A DNA stretch of 64,000 nt from a virus. Taxonomy: Duplodnaviria; Caudoviricetes. The stretch lies in the IMG/VR virus record IMGVR_UViG_3300031857_000156, positions 79-64,078 of that record; one strand, written 5' to 3'. The notes under the pieces are model-generated. The model was not told the origin of the DNA, did no database searches, and saw nothing but the letters and a program-made list of their open reading frames with translations. The position numbers and the translations under genes were made by a program. Below, piece by piece: positions 58,628 to 64,000 of this stretch. Within the stretch, counting starts at the first letter, position 1, and each line of letters starts with the position of its first letter.

Positions 58628-60453
58628 ATATGCGCCAATCCACCGGATTTATAACCAGCATCTTCTAATTTTCTTAATAGCTCTTGGCTAAGAAATGCGT
58701 TTGGTTTTCCATGACCGCCTTTTACGCCCCTCATAAATTCCATGTACCCTGGTTGGCGGCCAGTAAAATCTTTCACTTGCTCGATCCAGTTACCTAACAT
58801 CAATTCTTTAGGAACCGGACTAAAAGCAACACCTTTATCTTCCCCTTTTAGAATATAGGGAAAAGCTGAGTGAAGATCTGGTCTGTAATCCGTATCGCCA
58901 GTTAAAGAAAAAAGTCGAGTACCAACAGAATGAGTTGGTTGCCCTAATGCCATTGGATCAGTCATTTCTTTCATAATACCAGGGTAATCAAATATCTGAC
59001 CTTTACGACCACCAACGCCTTCTCCGCCAATAACTTCACTAATTGCTGCTCTACGATCAAAAGTATTGCCCATCTGTTTTAACATTTCCGGATTTGCAAC
59101 ATCCAAACCAGAAAGTTTTAAAGCAGAGTATTTTTTGTAATCTGAAAGCCTTTTGTTCATGGCCTCTCTTAGCTCTGGGGGCAACTTTCCCATAGCTGCT
59201 TGACGAGAAAATTCATCTGTCAACATGTCGTAAACATGTTGATTAGATCTGTGTTGCGCTTCTGAACCAATAAAGGGAGACCAAATAATTTTATCTTCTG
59301 GGAATCGTTTGTTTATATTTGTTATTGAAGTGGCTTTTGGTTTTGACGCAACACCCCAAGCGGCTTTTGCTTCTGCATACCGTGGATCTTCTAATTGAAA
59401 TTTAGAAAAACCCGGGCCTCCTAAATCGCCGCCCGTGGATCGCATGCGATCTGATTCCGTTACGTATAGATACTTATCTGCGTGTGGCCCCAAAGCCTCA
59501 CTTGCTTTTACGACTTTTGTTTGCTTTGGGGCGAAAAACTTTTTTGCAGAATCTAAACCTCCAACTACGGCTTTTCCTCTAGCATAGCCCACTGGGCCGC
59601 CCATGGCCATGGGGTTATTCACGCCGCCGGTTTCTTCTTTTTTATCTTCCATCATATTAAGCAACAGCGGTGCGCCAGCAGCCAAGGCTGTGCCCCCGAT
59701 GCGGGTGATTGGGTGTGGGATGAAGGATAAAACGGAACCTAACGCGCCAAGCCCGCTAATGACCCCGCCGCTTACATCACCCTCACGCAGCCGGTTTATA
59801 GCATCAGTAGCCTGAAAGCCGGTGCTTGCGCCGGCAACTCCCCGGGCCGCCCAAGCCGGGAATTTACTTGCCGCGCCCTCAACTGCTCGCACAGCCGCCT
59901 GGCCCGCGGGAGGCAGCTTTTGTGAGAGCGGTGCATTCTTTGCCCGCATGCGAGCTTCCATTTCCTCGCGAGCTTTTTGCTCTTGGTAATCGGCAATTGT
60001 TAGCGGTTTGTCTTTGGTAATGGTTTTTGAAATCTTACCTTCACCAATTGGTTTACGCTGCTCTTTAAACTCTTCAACAACTTCGCGAACAGTTTCTCCT
60101 GGCCCTGCGCCGTACCCAGTTTTAGCTATGTACTTCTGACCGGGTGCTCGAGGGTCTACCGCCGCAGCTCCGGGCGAACCGCCAGGGATTTGCAAAGCTC
60201 TGCGGCCGGCCTCAGTGACCATGGGGCCTAAAGTTAAACCACCCACCGCGCCAACGCCGCCCCACAGCAAAGGATCTTGCGCAGACAGACCAAGCTTGTC
60301 AGCCATTTGGCTAATAAAAGGTTGCGAAGACATCTGCGCGGCAATACTTTCTACCGTTTTTTGTTGCTGGTCTGGAGGCAGATTGGCAAAGCTGTCATCT
60401 ACTTCGACAATGCGGCCGTTAATTTCTAATTTCATTATGGCACCACCCTCCAC
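58624..60453 (-). CDS. Putative internal virion protein with an appended lower-GC C-terminal domain
   Basis: 609 aa; start probably MKLEING; hydrophobic G/A-rich segments. Confidence 0.65.
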   Translation of the reverse strand: MEGGAIMKLEINGRIVEVDDSFANLPPDQQQKTVESIAAQMSSQPFISQMADKLGLSAQDPLLWGGVGAVGGLTLGPMVTEAGRRALQIPGGSPGAAAVDPRAPGQKYIAKTGYGAGPGETVREVVEEFKEQRKPIGEGKISKTITKDKPLTIADYQEQKAREEMEARMRAKNAPLSQKLPPAGQAAVRAVEGAASKFPAWAARGVAGASTGFQATDAINRLREGDVSGGVISGLGALGSVLSFIPHPITRIGGTALAAGAPLLLNMMEDKKEETGGVNNPMAMGGPVGYARGKAVVGGLDSAKKFFAPKQTKVVKASEALGPHADKYLYVTESDRMRSTGGDLGGPGFSKFQLEDPRYAEAKAAWGVASKPKATSITNINKRFPEDKIIWSPFIGSEAQHRSNQHVYDMLTDEFSRQAAMGKLPPELREAMNKRLSDYKKYSALKLSGLDVANPEMLKQMGNTFDRRAAISEVIGGEGVGGRKGQIFDYPGIMKEMTDPMALGQPTHSVGTRLFSLTGDTDYRPDLHSAFPYILKGEDKGVAFSPVPKELMLGNWIEQVKDFTGRQPGYMEFMRGVKGGHGKPNAFLSQELLRKLEDAGYKSGGLAHI

Positions 60454-62339
60454 TTTAACCCGCCGGGGGTTGTTCCCGATTTCGGCGCGCCGGCTGGCGG
60501 CTGTGCGGGAAAGGTAACTTTCTCTCGCTGGATTTGACGAAGCCGATCTTCGTAAGCTTTGACAGCATTCTTATACTGGTCTGTTGCTTTAAACTGCGAG
60601 TAAGTCATGCTTTCTGGTTTACTTCTATACATCTCTCCAAGCTTTTGATCCAGCTCGGCTCTAGCCAGCAAACTTTGTTGGATCTTAACAATGTTTGCTG
60701 GTGTTGAACGAATTGAGCCGGCAACCTGTTGCAAGAGCGTACGTTCAAACTCAGTAACCTGGCCCTGGCCTTTAATAATTGTAGACAGGTGAAAAGCGGT
60801 CTTTTCAAGCAGCGTTTTTAGACGGTCACGAGCTTCAATATCCTCTGGACTGGTGCCTGGCCTTGCTCTGAAGATTGCCTCGTCAAGGTCCTTCATGCCA
60901 ATAGAATGACCACCGCTGATTGACATTCCTGATTGCAATAGTACTGAAAGCGCACTGGCCACACCTTGGTTTTGCAAGATGCCAACCACTTGCGGCCGCC
61001 GTGTTGTAATGTCAATAACTTCTCTAGCTGTTTCTGCACGATCAATAGCGACAGGGGCTTCAGTGGCTGTTAAGAAAGATTCAAATTGCTTTGTTTCTTT
61101 TTCAGCCATTCCTTTAAGCTGTTCTTTTTGTGCTTCCATACGAGCTCGAGCTTCTGGCAGTGTCGGTCTTGTTGGGGGTTCTGTAGGAGCCTGTGCAACC
61201 TGGATGGGTTCTTGCGGCGCTGCGGGGGCCTGCCCAGAAACAGGAACCATACCCTCGTTTGCTGCGGTAAATGCTCTTTGCCGGACATTTAATGGATAGC
61301 TATTAAATCTCTCCGCGATGTCTGCCCTGCGTAATGTGTCGCGCGGGTCTACACCCATAGACTTCATCTGATTTTCTAAACCGGCAATCTGCTGCTCAGT
61401 TAGATTTTCAAATTTAAACTGATCCGCTGTTGTGGTTTCGGGCCGAGGTAAAGGCGGGAGAGCAGCAGGACCAGCAGCCGGAGTTGGGGCGGCACCCGCA
61501 GCCGGAACAGGGGCAGGACCAGCAGCGGGCATAGGACCCGCAGCCGGAACAGGGGCAGGACCAGCAGCGGGCATAGGACCCGCAGCCGGAACAGGGGCAG
61601 GACCAGCAGCCGGAGTTGGGGCCGGGGTTGCAGTTCTAGCCGGGCCTGCTGCAGGAGGAACAATAACTCCTTGACCGCTCTCTGCCATACGTCGAGCAGT
61701 TAGTGGATCAACAATTTCAATTCTGCCATCGGGCAACACAACCTCAATGTTGCGTGCATACGTTGCAGGATTGGTTGTAAACTTAAGTTCTTCACCAATT
61801 TTTGTTTTACGGTAGTTATCTAAAATGGCTTGGGCGCCGGCAATGTCGCCCATGCCCATTTTTTCATTTATGGCTTGTAAAACTTCGGCCGGCAGTTGAC
61901 CGACACCGGGAACTGCTACAGCGCCGGGAGCGCCGGGAGCGCCGGGACGGCCCAACCCCTGCAAAAATTCTGCTTGTTTGGCAAGCTGCTGTTGCTGTGC
62001 TTTGGCCGAGGCAATTTGAGAGCGCATTTGGAATAGCTCTGCTGCGCGATCTTCTTTTTCTTGCGCGCGTCGACGCACTGTCTCAAGCGTAGTGCCGGGT
62101 TGGCTCGTGCCTCCCCATGCCAAGACATCTTTGATGTACTCTTGAAACGGGCTCTGAGCGGCTATGCGCTGTTGATAAATGCGCTCCATATCTTCCAAAA
62201 TGGAAGCTGGCAAAACACCAGTGGTTGGAGCCACAGGCAAGGTGTACCGCGCGCCTTTTGCTGGCGCCACAGGTTTACCTTGAATTATCGGTTGCTGCTC
62301 AGGCTCTTGTGGGAGGCCGCCCGTAATTTGATCAGCCAT
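60435..62339 (-). CDS. Putative internal virion/ejection protein
   Basis: 634 aa, Q/A/P-rich, PAAG repeats at about 61466-61625; synteny. Confidence 0.65.
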   Translation of the reverse strand: MADQITGGLPQEPEQQPIIQGKPVAPAKGARYTLPVAPTTGVLPASILEDMERIYQQRIAAQSPFQEYIKDVLAWGGTSQPGTTLETVRRRAQEKEDRAAELFQMRSQIASAKAQQQQLAKQAEFLQGLGRPGAPGAPGAVAVPGVGQLPAEVLQAINEKMGMGDIAGAQAILDNYRKTKIGEELKFTTNPATYARNIEVVLPDGRIEIVDPLTARRMAESGQGVIVPPAAGPARTATPAPTPAAGPAPVPAAGPMPAAGPAPVPAAGPMPAAGPAPVPAAGAAPTPAAGPAALPPLPRPETTTADQFKFENLTEQQIAGLENQMKSMGVDPRDTLRRADIAERFNSYPLNVRQRAFTAANEGMVPVSGQAPAAPQEPIQVAQAPTEPPTRPTLPEARARMEAQKEQLKGMAEKETKQFESFLTATEAPVAIDRAETAREVIDITTRRPQVVGILQNQGVASALSVLLQSGMSISGGHSIGMKDLDEAIFRARPGTSPEDIEARDRLKTLLEKTAFHLSTIIKGQGQVTEFERTLLQQVAGSIRSTPANIVKIQQSLLARAELDQKLGEMYRSKPESMTYSQFKATDQYKNAVKAYEDRLRQIQREKVTFPAQPPAGAPKSGTTPGGLKWRVVP

Positions 62340-63170
62340 TATTCTCCCTCGCTTGTCCCATAAACTGGCGGGTAGGAACTGCCGCCTGAGCTGCCTGAGC
62401 TACCAGAACCAAGGCTTTTTACCCAATCATACACACCGGATAAACCTCCTTTGATGTTGCTCAATTGTGTTGGTAGACCCCCAATAAGCGTGCCCAAGCC
62501 CCCTAATTGCCCAAGCAAACTAAGTTCTTTTGTTTGCTCAGTTGTTTTACCGGTGTAAGGACCAAGTCGACCAAAAATATTAGCTAAATTGACCAGGTTT
62601 GTATAGGGATAACCTTGCTCAAACGTGCCGGTTTCAAGCGCACCTTTAGCTATTTGAGATCCAAGCGTCCCAAGACCTTGACCAGCCTGAACGCCCGTTT
62701 GTTGCGCTTGCAACGCCGCGGACATTTGTTTTTGAAATAAGTCAGATGCAGCAGCAGCGCGAGCGCGCTGTAGCGCAGATAAATTCATGCTGCTACCAAA
62801 ACCGCCGCCAGCGATAGATTTTGCTGTTTCCGCCGCACCAATTTCTGGCAAAATTTGGTTTAAGTAATCTTGTTGTGCACCAAATAGACCGCCAAGAGGA
62901 GTAGAAACATTTGGACGCACCGTCGTTTTGCCGGCAGCATCAGTGCTTGTAATCCAAGGATTAGCAGCTCCTGACCCAATTGCCTGCAGCGTGCTTTGAG
63001 CAGAAGAAAACGGCCCCTGAGCACCAAACACATCAATGGCTTTTTGTGCCGTGGTTTGGCCAATAGCGGGGGTTTTTGCCTCCTGTGCGCTCTTTACTAG
63101 GCTTTCTTGAGCACCAGTGAACCAAGAAGGCATTGTCTCCTTGGTTAGCGCTTTGTCAGTTAAAAATTCA

Positions 63171-63184
<14 letters not shown>
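62339..63184 (-). CDS. Putative DNA pilot/ejection protein
   Basis: G/A/Q-rich with GGGFGSS motif and a C-terminal SLLGQLGGLG. Confidence 0.65.

Positions 63185-64000
<816 letters not shown>

Overview
The window is an essentially complete ~64 kb tailed-phage genome, podovirus-like (no tape-measure or tail-tube gene recognised), probably infecting a proteobacterium. The contig is opened inside a Pro-Ala repeat of a giant virion gene that runs across both window ends. The minus strand (33.7 kb down to 1, then 64 kb down to 57.4 kb) carries packaging, head, collagen-like and branched tail-fibre, lysis, tail and internal-virion genes. The plus strand (34.6-57.4 kb) carries early cassette-like genes, a sigma factor, primase-helicase, SNF2 helicase, nucleases, SSB, class II RNR and family A DNA polymerase. 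The most unusual content is non-coding or regulatory. (1) Three type I hammerhead ribozymes sit between early genes, near a structured RNA complementary to their cleavage junction. (2) An 81-nt tmRNA consists only of the tRNA-like domain. (3) A sigma70-type factor lacks region 4, while a separate sigma4-like gene and a bipartite AGGGC-N18-GCATAAGT promoter are present (candidate split sigma). (4) Two inverted origin-like palindromes bracket the early region, next to a dense array of host-factor-like sites (DnaA, IHF, PhaR, TetR, sigma54, Fur). (5) A recurring xxGG motif marks domain boundaries of putative internal virion proteins. (6) A free-standing intein-like gene abuts terL. All calls are by-eye motif recognition; no database searches or folding programs were run.
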